Shown in pieces: positions 9,909 through 20,326 of a stretch of DNA of 64,000 nt. The notes beneath the pieces were generated by a model, which was not told the origin of the DNA, made no database searches, and worked only from the letters and a program-made list of their open reading frames with translations. The stretch is from contig CAKZKT010000147.1 in the NCBI GenBank assembly GCA_937124585.1, positions 46,104-110,103 of the forward strand, written 5' to 3'. Source of the stretch: an uncultured Anaerolineae bacterium (GTDB lineage: Bacteria; Chloroflexota; Anaerolineae; CG2-30-64-16). The position numbers and the translations under genes were made by a program. The first letter of the stretch is position 1, and each line of letters opens with the position of its first letter.

Positions 9909-11099
9909 TCAATCGAAGAAGTCTTCATCTCCAGGCTGGAGATAGGGTCGGGCTTTCTCCGGGTTGAGCTCCACGCCCAGTCCGGGCCGATCCCACACCT
10001 CGATGTGGCTGTCTACGACGATCGGATTTGGCAGGCTCTCGACGATATCGTACCACCATTCAGGCCGGCCGGTCGGATACTCGAAGGCAATGTAGTTGTG
10101 GGGCAGCGTTGCGCAGACCTGCACCAGGGCGGCCAAGCCGATCAAGCCGTCGGCGATGCCATGTGGCGCGATGAGGATGCCGTGCAGGTCGGCGTATTCG
10201 GCGATCCATTTCAGCTCGGCCAGGCCGCCGACGTCGGCCGGGTCGGGTCCGATGATGCGCACGGCCTGCTTTTCGATCAGATCCACAAAGTTGTGACGGA
10301 GATAGATCTGCTCGCCGGTATGAATAGGGGTCGCGGTGGCGCGTGTGACTTCGCTGTAGAGCTGGGCCAGCACGTAGGGGGTGTAGTCCCCGGTGATGAG
10401 GTCTTCCAGCCACATCACGTTCAGCGGTTCCAGCGCCCTCGCCAGACGGATGGCATCGGGCACGGTCCAGCCTGGCCCGCAGTCGAGAGCCAGGCCTACC
10501 TCGTCGCCGAGCACGGCCTTCATCGCTTCGACGCAGGCGATCACGTGCTTCAGCCCGCGCTCGGTGAGGGGACCGCGGTTGGGGTAGAACTGGCCCTCAC
10601 GCACGTCGCTGTAGGTGAAGTCAGGCAGGCGGAGCGGCATCGGACTATGGAAGCCGATCCCCTGTTTGATGATTGAGAACTTTTCAGGCGAGGCCTTCAT
10701 CAGGGCCATGTTCGCCGCGAAATCGTCGGGGGTGTAGCCGGTCATGGGGAAGCGCACCGCGCCATTGTAGACGCGCACCCGGTCGCGCACCTTGCCGCCG
10801 AGCAGCTTGTAGACCGGCAATCCGGACGCCTTGCCGGCAATGTCCCAAAGGGCCATTTCGATGGCGCTCACAGCTGCGCCCCAGGGTTTGAAGCTGCCGA
10901 GCCGACGGATTTTCAGCATCACCCGCTCGACGTTGGTCGGGTCTTCGCCCACGATGAACGGTTTATAGAACAGCACGTGCGGCTTGAGGTAGGGCTTGGG
11001 CCATTCGGCCTGGCCCCAGCCGACGATTCCCTCGTCGGTGACGATGCGCACAACCGGATGCTGGCCAATGATCGCACATTTGAGGTCCGTGATCTGCAT
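9909..11099 (-). CDS. Mandelate racemase/muconate lactonizing enzyme family (acid-sugar dehydratase-like)
   Basis: Motifs SAIEMALWDIAGK, PVYKLLGG, WLED, TGE and RPGLGVE. Confidence 0.88.
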   Translation of the reverse strand: MQITDLKCAIIGQHPVVRIVTDEGIVGWGQAEWPKPYLKPHVLFYKPFIVGEDPTNVERVMLKIRRLGSFKPWGAAVSAIEMALWDIAGKASGLPVYKLLGGKVRDRVRVYNGAVRFPMTGYTPDDFAANMALMKASPEKFSIIKQGIGFHSPMPLRLPDFTYSDVREGQFYPNRGPLTERGLKHVIACVEAMKAVLGDEVGLALDCGPGWTVPDAIRLARALEPLNVMWLEDLITGDYTPYVLAQLYSEVTRATATPIHTGEQIYLRHNFVDLIEKQAVRIIGPDPADVGGLAELKWIAEYADLHGILIAPHGIADGLIGLAALVQVCATLPHNYIAFEYPTGRPEWWYDIVESLPNPIVVDSHIEVWDRPGLGVELNPEKARPYLQPGDEDFFD

Positions 11100-11208
11100 G
11101 GTTGGTCTCCGTTGGATTGGGGTGTGGGTTGTGAGGTGAAACGTGAAATGTCAGGCACCATACACCATACGTCATGCGTCAAATGGCAGATCGATGACGC
11201 CGGACGTT

Positions 11209-11844
11209 CTATGCCTCTCGCTGGCTGTCTTTTTCCCGCGCGACCAGGATGATGATTTGCGCGGCGACTTCGGGATTTACGGCGCCAGTGTTGATTGTCA
11301 GATGGTAGTAGCGAGGGTCTTTCCACTCGGCGTTCGGGTACATGTGACGGATCGCCTGGCGTTTTTCTTCGTCGGAGGCGGCGATGCGGCGACGGGCTTC
11401 GGCCTCGGCGATGTTGTAGCGTTGCATGAGCCGACGGACGCGCACCTCGATCGGCGCGTAGAGATGCACATGCAGCGCAGTAGGCCAGTCGCGCAATGCC
11501 ATCTGTCCGCCGCGGCCGACGATGACCACGTTTCCCTCGGCCGCGACCTGTTCCATGGTCTGGCGCACGATGCGAATGTAGGTCTGGTCGTCTACGGCGC
11601 GCTTGCTGTCGAACGCGGTGGGCTGCTTGCTGTAGAGGCTGAGCATGTCGGAGCTGACCAGCCGGGCGCGCGTGGCAAAGCTGCGTTCCATCGCCAGGAC
11701 TGCTTCGACATCTACACCGGCCTGCCGCGCGATCTCGGACAGCAGCGCTTTGTCCACGCGGCGATAGCCGAGCTCCTGGCATACCAGATCAGCGATGCGA
11801 TCTCCTTCGCTGCCCAGTTCGCGCGAGATGGTGATCACAGCCAT
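11209..11844 (-). CDS. Cytidylate kinase-like family protein
   Basis: Motifs VITISRELGSEG, VIVGRGG and YHLTINT. Confidence 0.85.
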   Translation of the reverse strand: MAVITISRELGSEGDRIADLVCQELGYRRVDKALLSEIARQAGVDVEAVLAMERSFATRARLVSSDMLSLYSKQPTAFDSKRAVDDQTYIRIVRQTMEQVAAEGNVVIVGRGGQMALRDWPTALHVHLYAPIEVRVRRLMQRYNIAEAEARRRIAASDEEKRQAIRHMYPNAEWKDPRYYHLTINTGAVNPEVAAQIIILVAREKDSQREA

Positions 11845-11873
11845 ATGTCCCCCCTCGATCTGCCCGGCGACGC

Positions 11874-12488
11874 TCACACGCCAGCCCGCAGATCGGTGAT
11901 CGTCCGTGAGTCCACTGTGAAGCTAAGGAAATCCACCGTGGTGCCTGGGCCGGTCGGGCATTGCGCCACCAGCCCGACCTGGATCGTGGGAGGCACGACC
12001 AATCGGAACAGGCGCACCATCTGCCAGCCTTTGCCGTCCAACGCGTAGTGCATGCCGAAGACATCGCCAGCACGGAAAAGCTGCAGCCACACATCCGGCG
12101 CGACCAAGTTGACGCCGTTGGCGTCATCGGAGTATTCATTGGTGACGACGCTGACGATGGCACGGGTGCCGAAATCAGTCGCCTCGTAGCAAAGTTTGGC
12201 CCAGTGCAGAGCGTCGTGTCGCGCCATGAGTGCAGCGGCATCGTAGTGAGAAGCGTGGACAGGGCGCACATGGGCCTGTGCGACGAAGTCACCCATGACT
12301 TCGAGCCATAGATAGGGGGCGTTGTCTGGCGTTTGCGTCCCATCGGGAGACCGGAAGTAGTCCGTCTTGGGGCCGACCTGCACGCGCAGGCCGCGACCGG
12401 ACAGCGGCTCCCAGCGCAGCGGCGGATGGGTCCAGCGCAGCGGGCTGGAGGACAGAGTCTGCGGCGTGAGGGCATCCAGCAGGTTCAT
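11874..12488 (-). CDS. DUF1349 / ConA-like fold protein
   Basis: Motifs KTDYF, WAKLCYE, VSVVTNEYSDDAN and QCPTGPG. ATG at 12488 follows GGAGGA. Confidence 0.75.
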   Translation of the reverse strand: MNLLDALTPQTLSSSPLRWTHPPLRWEPLSGRGLRVQVGPKTDYFRSPDGTQTPDNAPYLWLEVMGDFVAQAHVRPVHASHYDAAALMARHDALHWAKLCYEATDFGTRAIVSVVTNEYSDDANGVNLVAPDVWLQLFRAGDVFGMHYALDGKGWQMVRLFRLVVPPTIQVGLVAQCPTGPGTTVDFLSFTVDSRTITDLRAGV

Positions 12489-12529
12489 GGGAATTCCTCC
12501 TCGGCATGGCGATTGGAGATTCAAGAGGA

Positions 12530-12538
12530 AGTATAACA
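12530..12538 (-). promoter_or_regulatory. Extended -10 promoter element (TGtTATACT) for the minus-strand block
   Basis: TGnTATACT about 40 nt upstream of the DUF1349 start. Confidence 0.5.
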
Positions 12539-12596
12539 CAGCAAGCGAATTCGAGAAAAGTTCCGCCGGGGCGAGCAGAAACGAAAGGTTGGCCAT

Positions 12597-12683
12597 GCGC
12601 CCGACACGGACCATCACGAATGCCACGGATCAACGGGCACGCCTCCGTGGCCTCCGTGCCCTCCGTGTCGAGCGACCTCCGCC
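12597..12683. repeat. Third copy of palindrome family B (reverse orientation)
   Basis: Aligns with the reverse complement of 4860-4945, including the flanking ACCTCCGCC. Confidence 0.85.
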
Positions 12684-12692
12684 ACACACCAA

Positions 12693-14708
12693 TCAGAGAC
12701 CACCCTCCCTCACAATCCTCACACCGAACGGCGGAATCTCCACACTATCGCCGACCGCTGCGGCCGCCAACAGGTCAAACCCCGGCCTCGCCAGCGCAAC
12801 CTTGACCGCCGCATCGCTATGGTTTAGATAAAACGCGTATCGCGTTCCACCCCTACTGCGATAACTCACCTCGACGCACTCCGGCAAGTCGGACAGCACC
12901 GCAACGCCAGCTCCCGGCAGCACACCATAACGCAGAAAACCGATCAGACCGGCTGGCTCCATAACCGTCCCGACATAAAAACAACAGCCCTTGCCGTAGG
13001 CATGGCGCACCACTGCCGGCTTCCCTGCATAATAACGACCCTCATAACGATGCGACACCTCCGCGTCCCCCTCCGGCACCAGCACATCGGCCAGGCCATA
13101 CGCGCGGTAAAGATGATTGGCCGGACAGCGCACCCGCATCTCCAGGCCGGGGATCTGTGAGAACGCATCGTACTCCTCGACATAGCAACCCGCGACCTCG
13201 CGCAGAGGGCCAGGCAGCAGCGCGTCCACGATGGCGCCCTCCGACTCCTTCACCCCACTGCGCGGCCCGAGAATCAACGTGCCGCCCGCGCGGACAAACG
13301 CCGCCAGCCGCTCGGCGGTCGCCGGCGGACACACATGGACGCTCGGCGCAATGAGCACCTTGTAGCGCGTCAGATCGGCGTCAATGCTCACCGCATCCGC
13401 CACAACCCCCAGCCGCGCCAGTGCAGCATCCCACCCGTTCGCCATCGCCCGATAATCGAAGCCATCGCCGGTATTTGGCTGCGTCTCCAGCGCCCACAGG
13501 CTATCGTAGTCATAGAGAATGCCCACCTCGGCCGCCACCTCGCTGCCGTCCAGCTCGGTCGAAAGCGCCCGGAACTCCGCGCCAAGCTGCTTCACCTCCT
13601 CGTACCGGCGCTGCGGGATGCCGTGATGATAAAGAATGCCGTGCCAGTACTGCTCGCGACCCCACCGACACGAACGCCAGCGGAAGAAACTGATCATGTC
13701 TGCGCCGCGCGCGACCGCCTGATAGGCCCACAGCCGCATCTGACCCGGTGGCGGCGTAGCGGCATAACTGCCCCAGCCGCCTGGCCCCGATGCCTGCTCC
13801 ATCACCCACACGGGCTTCTGCTTCAGCCCGCGCATCAAATCGTGCGCCAGGGGTGCCGGTGGCCGGTTCGTGTTATTGGCGAGAAACGGATAATTATCCC
13901 ACGAAACGATATCCAGGTCGGTGGCCAACTTGAAATAGTCAATCTGATGGAAAAGCCCCATCAAATTGTGCGTGATCGGCCGGCCAGGCGAATGACGGCG
14001 AATGATCTCCACCTGCTCGCGATTCATCTCGACCTGCACATCGGACGAAAAACGATAAAAATCAAGCACCAGACCTGGATTCTGCCCGTCGTTGGCCGTC
14101 CGATCGGCGGTGTCCATTGGCGGCCAGATCTGATCGAAATCGTCATACTCATGACTCCAGAACACCGTACCCCAGGCCGCGTTCAGCGCCGCGATGTCAT
14201 TGTTGAAGCGCCGGCGCAGCCACGAGCGAAATGCCCGCCCACAATTCGGGCAATGACAGCGCGCAGTGCCGTGACAACCGAACTCGTTATCGGTCTGCCA
14301 GGCGACCACGTGCGGATTCTGGCCCAGCGCGGCCGTCATCTTCTCGACGATGCGCCGCGCATAGGCACGATAGCCGGGATGATTCTTGCACGCATCCTGC
14401 CGCTGACCCCACTCCTTCACCTGGCCGTTGCTTTTCACCTGATGAATATCGGGGTACATCTCATGCAGCCACGCCGGATAAGTGGGCGTGGGCGTGCCGA
14501 GGATCGTCTGGATGCCATAGCGACCGAACAGATTAATGGCCTCCTCCAGCCAGCCGAAATCAAACTGCCCCTCGCGAGGCTCCAGGCGATGCCATGCAAA
14601 CTCCGCCATCCGCACCCGGCTAATGCCGGCCTCTTGCATCAAACGAGCATCGGTCTCCCAACGCTCACGTGGCCAGTGTTCAGGATAATAAGCGACGCCG
14701 AGAATCAT
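12693..14708 (-). CDS. GH42 beta-galactosidase
   Basis: Motifs YYPEHW, AEFAW, WQTDNE (acid/base), WVMEQ (nucleophile), FFRWR and EQYWHG. Confidence 0.93.
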   Translation of the reverse strand: MILGVAYYPEHWPRERWETDARLMQEAGISRVRMAEFAWHRLEPREGQFDFGWLEEAINLFGRYGIQTILGTPTPTYPAWLHEMYPDIHQVKSNGQVKEWGQRQDACKNHPGYRAYARRIVEKMTAALGQNPHVVAWQTDNEFGCHGTARCHCPNCGRAFRSWLRRRFNNDIAALNAAWGTVFWSHEYDDFDQIWPPMDTADRTANDGQNPGLVLDFYRFSSDVQVEMNREQVEIIRRHSPGRPITHNLMGLFHQIDYFKLATDLDIVSWDNYPFLANNTNRPPAPLAHDLMRGLKQKPVWVMEQASGPGGWGSYAATPPPGQMRLWAYQAVARGADMISFFRWRSCRWGREQYWHGILYHHGIPQRRYEEVKQLGAEFRALSTELDGSEVAAEVGILYDYDSLWALETQPNTGDGFDYRAMANGWDAALARLGVVADAVSIDADLTRYKVLIAPSVHVCPPATAERLAAFVRAGGTLILGPRSGVKESEGAIVDALLPGPLREVAGCYVEEYDAFSQIPGLEMRVRCPANHLYRAYGLADVLVPEGDAEVSHRYEGRYYAGKPAVVRHAYGKGCCFYVGTVMEPAGLIGFLRYGVLPGAGVAVLSDLPECVEVSYRSRGGTRYAFYLNHSDAAVKVALARPGFDLLAAAAVGDSVEIPPFGVRIVREGGL

Positions 14709-14738
14709 AGGCTTTGACTCCTTTCTTATTTTGATTTC

Positions 14739-16184
14739 TCAATCCAGTGGAAACATCGGCCGTTGCACGCGGCGAAACTCCATCCGCTCCACCCGACAAT
14801 TGGTACAGCCCGGAGTGAAGGCCAGAATCGAACGCGGCGCGATACGGGCAAACTCCGTAGTCAAATAGCCGCGCTTGAGCACCACAATGCGATAATCGAG
14901 CGGCTCCAGGCCCAACACGCGCAGCTGGAGCGGATCCTCGAAACTGTGCCGCGTAGCAGACAAGACGACATCTATGCCGGCCACATTGAGCACAGCGATG
15001 GGGCCGATCCGCGTGCGGCCCATGGCCTGGCGCAGCCCACCGCGCCAGGCTGCACCATCGAAAAGCGAGCGCACGACACCCGTCACGGCCAGCGGCCGAC
15101 CGTGGCGCACATCGAGCTTGCCGCCGATCTCCAGGCTGATCTCCGCGCCGACACCGGCTGCCAGACAGGCCTCCACCGCATCGCGATCCCACATCCCCGC
15201 ATAAAGCACACTGCTCACCTGGCGTTCGAGCAGCGCGGCCAATAAAGCCGGCACATCGGTCGAGCCGCCGGCGCCGGGATTGTCGCCGGAATCGGAGAGG
15301 AAAACCGTCGGCTCCGCCGCGGCCAGAGCCGTTTCGACCGCCTCCTCCAGATCATACGCTTCGGCGCTGATCGCGAACTCATGGCGCCGGGCCCAAAACT
15401 CGGCCGCGATGCGTTCGGCCTGGGCCTGGGCCAGAGCGGCATCGCCATCGGTCACAACGACCGCGCTGACGCCGATATCGGGCACGTCGGCCCAGCAGTG
15501 ACCGTTCATCAACGACGCCGAGAGGACACCGGGGATGCGTTCGACCTCGGCGACCAGGGCCATCATGGACTTCATCGGGTCCAAACTGGTCTGGGCCATC
15601 TCGCCGGGCAACAGGAACGGGATCTTGGCAAAGCCGATGCAGGGCCGAACGCCCTCGGTCAAAATCTGCAGCAACAGCTGCGCGGCGCGCTGACCGGTCT
15701 CAAACGCGTCATCATGCGGGGCCGTCTTGTACGCGACCAGCGCATCCACGTAGCGCATGGTGTTGCGGATCAGATTGGCGTGCATGTCGAGCGCGACCGT
15801 GATCGGCACATCCTGGCCGACGCGAGCGCGCAGATCGGCCAGCAGGTCGTCCTCGCAATAGTCCAGCCCCTCAGCGCGCATTGCGCCGTGAAGCGCCAAA
15901 CAGACGCCGTCCACATTCTGCGCTGCGGCCAGAATGCCAGCCTTAAACTGCTCATAGGCCGGGCGCGCCACCACCCCGCCGGGCATGGCCCAGGCCGTCA
16001 GCGACGGCACGAGCGCGATGTCGCCGCGCCGGCTCAACGTCTCCACGATGCCGGCAAACGAGCTGCGGCGCAGCGGCATTTGAAGCGTCTCCGCGCCCCA
16101 GCGCACGAAGAAATCATCTGCGGTGGTGAGAAACGGGGTAAATGTGTTCGACTCGTGCCCAAAGGCACCGACCAGGACTCGCAT
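14739..16184 (-). CDS. M81 (MlrC-like) metallohydrolase
   Basis: Motifs HESNTF, LHGAM, DMHAN, YKTAPHDD and DNPGAG. ATG at 16184 preferred over the longer ORF start. Confidence 0.88.
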   Translation of the reverse strand: MRVLVGAFGHESNTFTPFLTTADDFFVRWGAETLQMPLRRSSFAGIVETLSRRGDIALVPSLTAWAMPGGVVARPAYEQFKAGILAAAQNVDGVCLALHGAMRAEGLDYCEDDLLADLRARVGQDVPITVALDMHANLIRNTMRYVDALVAYKTAPHDDAFETGQRAAQLLLQILTEGVRPCIGFAKIPFLLPGEMAQTSLDPMKSMMALVAEVERIPGVLSASLMNGHCWADVPDIGVSAVVVTDGDAALAQAQAERIAAEFWARRHEFAISAEAYDLEEAVETALAAAEPTVFLSDSGDNPGAGGSTDVPALLAALLERQVSSVLYAGMWDRDAVEACLAAGVGAEISLEIGGKLDVRHGRPLAVTGVVRSLFDGAAWRGGLRQAMGRTRIGPIAVLNVAGIDVVLSATRHSFEDPLQLRVLGLEPLDYRIVVLKRGYLTTEFARIAPRSILAFTPGCTNCRVERMEFRRVQRPMFPLD

Positions 16185-16383
16185 GTGCACCTGCCTTGTG
16201 AAGAAATATTCCGGACATGCAAGGCTTCCCAGAGGAATGCCCGCAATATATTGTACCGCGATTTCGGGCCGGATCAACTCTCGGATTGCCCTGTATCGCG
16301 CAGGAAAAGCGCTCCGCAAAGATCTATTCACACGCGTTTTTCTCAGACAAAAGAACGAGTATGCTCAAATTGCCCCGAAAGCA

Positions 16384-16440
16384 TTGACAGTCGTATCATG
16401 TTGTGCTATTGTGAAAAAGCGTTACCGGTAGCGTTTTCAC
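16384..16440 (+). promoter_or_regulatory. Sigma70-type promoter plus probable LacI-family operator
   Basis: TTGACA (16384) - 17 nt - TATTGT (16407) with a TG extension, followed by the inverted repeat GTGAAAAAGCGTTACCGGTAGCGTTTTCAC (16411-16440). Confidence 0.75.
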
Positions 16441-16470
16441 CTCTCTTCCTGCCGCGGCGAGGGCTATCCG

Positions 16471-17496
16471 ATGAGTGTGAGCATCCGCGATGTTGCACAA
16501 CGTGCCGGGGTTTCGATCAGTACGGCCTCGCGCGCGCTGAACAACAAGCCCGATGTGAACAAAGAAGTCCGACAGCGTGTCCTGGCCGCGGCGCGCGAAC
16601 TCAATTATGCGGCAAACGTTCATGCGCGCGTGCTGGGTGGCGGTCGCAGTCGAGCCCTGGGCCTGGTGATCGTGAACAGCGCCGATTTCTTCTTCACGAA
16701 CATCGTGCGCGGCGTCTCCGACACCGCCACGGCGCACGGTTACAGCATCATGGTGTGGAACACAGACGAGACTGTAGAAGGGGAACTGTGGGCCCATCAG
16801 ATGCTGCGGCAACGCCAGGTAGATGGCGCCCTGATCGGATCGGTACAGAGCGGCATGGTGCCCCTGGAGCGACTGATAGCCGAAGGCTTGCCCATCGTCC
16901 TGCTCAATCGTCGGCTCTCCGGTCTCGCGGCCGATCACGTGCTGTCTGACTATCGCTGCGGTGCGTATGATGCCACTCGCTATCTGATCGAACTGGGACA
17001 TCGGCGCATTGCCCACCTGACCTGGCATGATGATCGCTACAGTGTTCAGGAACGCCTGGCAGGCTACCTGGATGCATTGCGGGATGCCGGCATTGAGCCC
17101 CCACCCGATTTCATCATTCGCTGCGCTGTCGGCATGGAAGGCGCCTACCGGGGCATCCTGAATCGTCTGCCCGAACTGCGCCCCAAGCCGACGGCACTTT
17201 TCGTCTACAATGACTATTCCACCATCGGCGTCCTCAAAGCGTTCCATGAACTCGACGTGCGCGTCCCTGATGACATCTCTCTGATGGGCTACGACGATAT
17301 GGAATTCAGCCGGTTCTTGATCCCATCGTTGACCACCATGGCGCAGAACCCCTACGAGATCGGCCGGCAGGGTACCGAACTGTTGATCGAGCGCTTGCGT
17401 GATCGGGATGCGCCCTGGACGCCCCGTCAGATCGTCTTGAGGCCCGAGCTACGCGTGCGGGCCTCTACAACGCCGCCGGGGAGCGATGATGAGTGA
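16471..17496 (+). CDS. LacI family transcriptional regulator
   Basis: HTH SIRDVAQRAGVSISTASRALN and C-terminal VPDDISLMGYDD. Confidence 0.95.
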   Translation: MSVSIRDVAQRAGVSISTASRALNNKPDVNKEVRQRVLAAARELNYAANVHARVLGGGRSRALGLVIVNSADFFFTNIVRGVSDTATAHGYSIMVWNTDETVEGELWAHQMLRQRQVDGALIGSVQSGMVPLERLIAEGLPIVLLNRRLSGLAADHVLSDYRCGAYDATRYLIELGHRRIAHLTWHDDRYSVQERLAGYLDALRDAGIEPPPDFIIRCAVGMEGAYRGILNRLPELRPKPTALFVYNDYSTIGVLKAFHELDVRVPDDISLMGYDDMEFSRFLIPSLTTMAQNPYEIGRQGTELLIERLRDRDAPWTPRQIVLRPELRVRASTTPPGSDDE

Positions 17497-18040
17497 AATC
17501 CCATCCCGGCCGGCTTTCACGAGCGTCTCGCTCTACAATGATCCGAGCGGCCTGCTCTCTTTCTGGTATGCCTCGGAGTGGCACCTCTATGCTGCGCCGA
17601 CTACGCTCCCGGCGATCACCCTGACGCCCGACCCGACCGACCCTCAGACCCATCTCGCGATCACCGTGCGCGATCTGGGCGCGCCACTGGCCGTTCGGGA
17701 ACGGCCTGCGATCGTTGCGGGCATTCGCGAAGGGTTAGCGCAACTGGATGGATGCGTAGTTGAGTCTTTCGCTGAACTGGCCGAGGAAGGCCGTTGGGGG
17801 ATCGAGTGGCGCTGTACCTTCGTGGAAGCCGGTCAACGCTTTCGTCGTCGCGGCCGCATCTTTTTCAGCGACCGCTATCAGTATGCCGTGGCCCTGCAAG
17901 GATCAAGCGAAGAACGCTATGCCTACTGGCAGGGAATGTTCGAATGGACGATGCTCACTGTTGGCACCGCGCCGTTTTCGATCCGGGGATGGCAAGCCGC
18001 CGCAGGAGAGCAGGAAGGAGGTAGGCCACCTGCAGCATGA
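17486..18040 (+). CDS. Hypothetical protein
   Basis: 184-aa ORF overlapping the LacI stop, co-oriented with the operon. No motif recognised. Confidence 0.6.
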   Translation: MMSEIPSRPAFTSVSLYNDPSGLLSFWYASEWHLYAAPTTLPAITLTPDPTDPQTHLAITVRDLGAPLAVRERPAIVAGIREGLAQLDGCVVESFAELAEEGRWGIEWRCTFVEAGQRFRRRGRIFFSDRYQYAVALQGSSEERYAYWQGMFEWTMLTVGTAPFSIRGWQAAAGEQEGGRPPAA

Positions 18041-18124
18041 GCCAGCACATCGTGAAACGGCTGGCCTGTTTAGAGGTCAGCCGCATAAGTAGCCAGTGGA
18101 TCAGTGCTTTTCTGGGAGGAATGC

Positions 18125-20185
18125 ATGTCAAAGCCAATTCGAATGGATCGTAGAACGTTCCTGAAGACGAGCGCGCTGGCCGTCGCGGCGGCGGCTGCCA
18201 CGGCCTGCGCCGGACAACCTGCGCCGGCGCCAGCTGCCCCCACGGCGGCGCCGGCACAGAAACCGGTCGAACCGACCAAGGCCCCTGAACCGACCAAGGC
18301 CCCTGCCGCCCCGGTTGTCGCGCAATTCAACGAAGCGCCGATGCTGGCTGAGCTGGTGAAAGCGGGCAAGCTACCTCCGGTTGAGAAGCGTCTGCCGCCT
18401 GCGCCAGAGGTCGTCAAGCCAATTCAAGAAGTCGGACAGTACGGCGGGACCATGCGCATTGCCATCGGTAACGCCAACGCCCTCTTTGGCGATGGTCAGG
18501 CGGTCATCGGCACCGAGCTTGTACTGCGCATCGCGCGCGACTTCAACAGCATCACCGGCGGCCTCTTCGAGAAGTGGGAATTCAACAACGACGCTACTGA
18601 ACAGACCCTCTACCTGCGCAAAGGGCTGCGCTGGTCAGACGGAGAGCCCATGACCACGCAGGACTGCCTGTTCGACTATGTAGACTGCAAGCTGGACAAG
18701 GAGTTAAGCCCGGCCGGCCCAGGCTCTGCCTGGCGTGCCGGCAAAGACCGTGTGCCGATGGAGATGATCGCGGTAGACGACTATACCCTCAAATTGAAGT
18801 TCGCAGCGCCTAAGCCGCTGGTCATTCTCGACCAGGCATTCTACAGCGGCTGCCAATATGGAGGGATGTTCGCACCGAAACATTATGGCAAGCAGTTCCA
18901 CCCCAAATACGCGGATCCCGCCGCGCTCGACAAAGCGGTCAAAGATGCGAAGTTCGAGAAATGGACGCAGCTCTTCAGCGCCAAGATGTTGGTCGGCTCG
19001 ACCATCCCGGCCGCTGTAGGGCTGCCAGGGATGACGGCCTTCGTGCGCACCGGCGATGACCCCGCCTATCACGTGTATGAACGCAATCCGTACTACTGGA
19101 AGGTAGACACTGCCGGCAATCAGCTGCCCTACATAGACAAGGTGATCGTCAACATCATCGCCGACAAGGAACTGCTCACCACCCGCTTACTGGCCGGTGA
19201 TCTCGACTTCTCGGGCCACAGCACCTATCTGAAGAACATGGAGCTTTACAAGAAGGCCCAGACCGAAAAGAAGGTGAAGATCTACCTGTGGGACTCGACG
19301 CTCGTTTCGGCGGTGGTGATTTTCCCCAACATGACGCCGAAAGACAAGGAGCTGCGGGAATTCTTCCAAAAGAAGAACGTGCGCATTGCCCTGTCCATCG
19401 CCCTGAACCGCAAGGAGATCAACGACGTGGTACACTTCGGCCTGGGCGAGCCGCGCCAGATCGCGTTGTGGCCCACTTCGATCTACTACCAGAAGGGAGA
19501 CGAATCGCACTACGTCGAATACGACCCCAAGAAGGCCAATGAGCTGCTCGACCAAGAGGGCTACACGCAGAGAGACGCTCAGGGCTATCGCCTGTTCCCA
19601 TCCGGCAAGCGCATCGGCTGGATCGGCGAGTTCGATCCGGAGCAGGGCGATATCCCGCCCACGTTGGAGCTATGCATCCAGTACTGGAAGGAGATCGGCA
19701 TCGAGTTCACCATCAAACCGATCAACCGCACTCTGCTTAACCAGCGCTGGGTCGCGAACGAACAGATGATGACCTTCTGGCAAGGCGACATCGGCTCGGA
19801 CATCGTCTTCCCCCTGGCGCCCAAGATCATGCACGGCAACTCCGAAGGCAATGCCCTGGGCTGGAGCCGCGCCTGGGAAGTCTGGATGCGCAACAAAGGC
19901 CAATTCCCCGATCTCGAAGAGGAGCCGCCCGCCTGGGTAAAGGCGCAGTACGAGGACTGGGACAAGCTCCATAGCACGTTGGACGAGAAGGAGCGCGTTA
20001 AGATCATGCGCGGGCTCTTCGATCGCTTCTACGAATACCTGCCCTGCTTCGGCACGGTCGGCGTGCCGCAGGCGGTAATCATGAAGCCGGAGATCACCAA
20101 CGTGCCCGAAAAGGGAGTCTGGGGCTACGGCACCATTCGCGCCGTGCCGGTCAATCCGGAACAGTTCTTCTTCAAACGGGCATAA
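18125..20185 (+). CDS. Family 5 ABC substrate-binding lipoprotein (Tat signal), probably oligosaccharide-binding
   Basis: DRRTFLK twin-Arg motif, lipobox ATAC, Pro/Ala linker, GKLPPVEKRLP, WSDGEP and RNPYYWKVD..GNQLPYID. Confidence 0.92.
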   Translation: MSKPIRMDRRTFLKTSALAVAAAAATACAGQPAPAPAAPTAAPAQKPVEPTKAPEPTKAPAAPVVAQFNEAPMLAELVKAGKLPPVEKRLPPAPEVVKPIQEVGQYGGTMRIAIGNANALFGDGQAVIGTELVLRIARDFNSITGGLFEKWEFNNDATEQTLYLRKGLRWSDGEPMTTQDCLFDYVDCKLDKELSPAGPGSAWRAGKDRVPMEMIAVDDYTLKLKFAAPKPLVILDQAFYSGCQYGGMFAPKHYGKQFHPKYADPAALDKAVKDAKFEKWTQLFSAKMLVGSTIPAAVGLPGMTAFVRTGDDPAYHVYERNPYYWKVDTAGNQLPYIDKVIVNIIADKELLTTRLLAGDLDFSGHSTYLKNMELYKKAQTEKKVKIYLWDSTLVSAVVIFPNMTPKDKELREFFQKKNVRIALSIALNRKEINDVVHFGLGEPRQIALWPTSIYYQKGDESHYVEYDPKKANELLDQEGYTQRDAQGYRLFPSGKRIGWIGEFDPEQGDIPPTLELCIQYWKEIGIEFTIKPINRTLLNQRWVANEQMMTFWQGDIGSDIVFPLAPKIMHGNSEGNALGWSRAWEVWMRNKGQFPDLEEEPPAWVKAQYEDWDKLHSTLDEKERVKIMRGLFDRFYEYLPCFGTVGVPQAVIMKPEITNVPEKGVWGYGTIRAVPVNPEQFFFKRA

Positions 20186-20291
20186 ACCCAGAAGACATAC
20201 CTGGCCCTTGCCAGGCCATTCATCTCATAGCCCGTTTCGTTCCGATCAGGGGACCGATCATCGCAGGCAATGTGACATTGTCCCGCATCCT

Positions 20292-20326
20292 TGCTATCTC
20301 CCGCTCTGGCGGAGCGGGAGATAGCA
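20292..20326 (+). other. Strong intergenic hairpin downstream of the SBP gene
   Basis: Perfect 15-bp stem TGCTATCTCCCGCTC-TGGCG-GAGCGGGAGATAGCA with no U-tract. Confidence 0.7.

Noticed and set aside
18218-18312. Short repeats in the SBP gene (GAACCGACCAAGGCCCCTG x2)
   Set aside because: They encode an ordinary Pro/Ala/Thr lipoprotein linker (EPTKAP).
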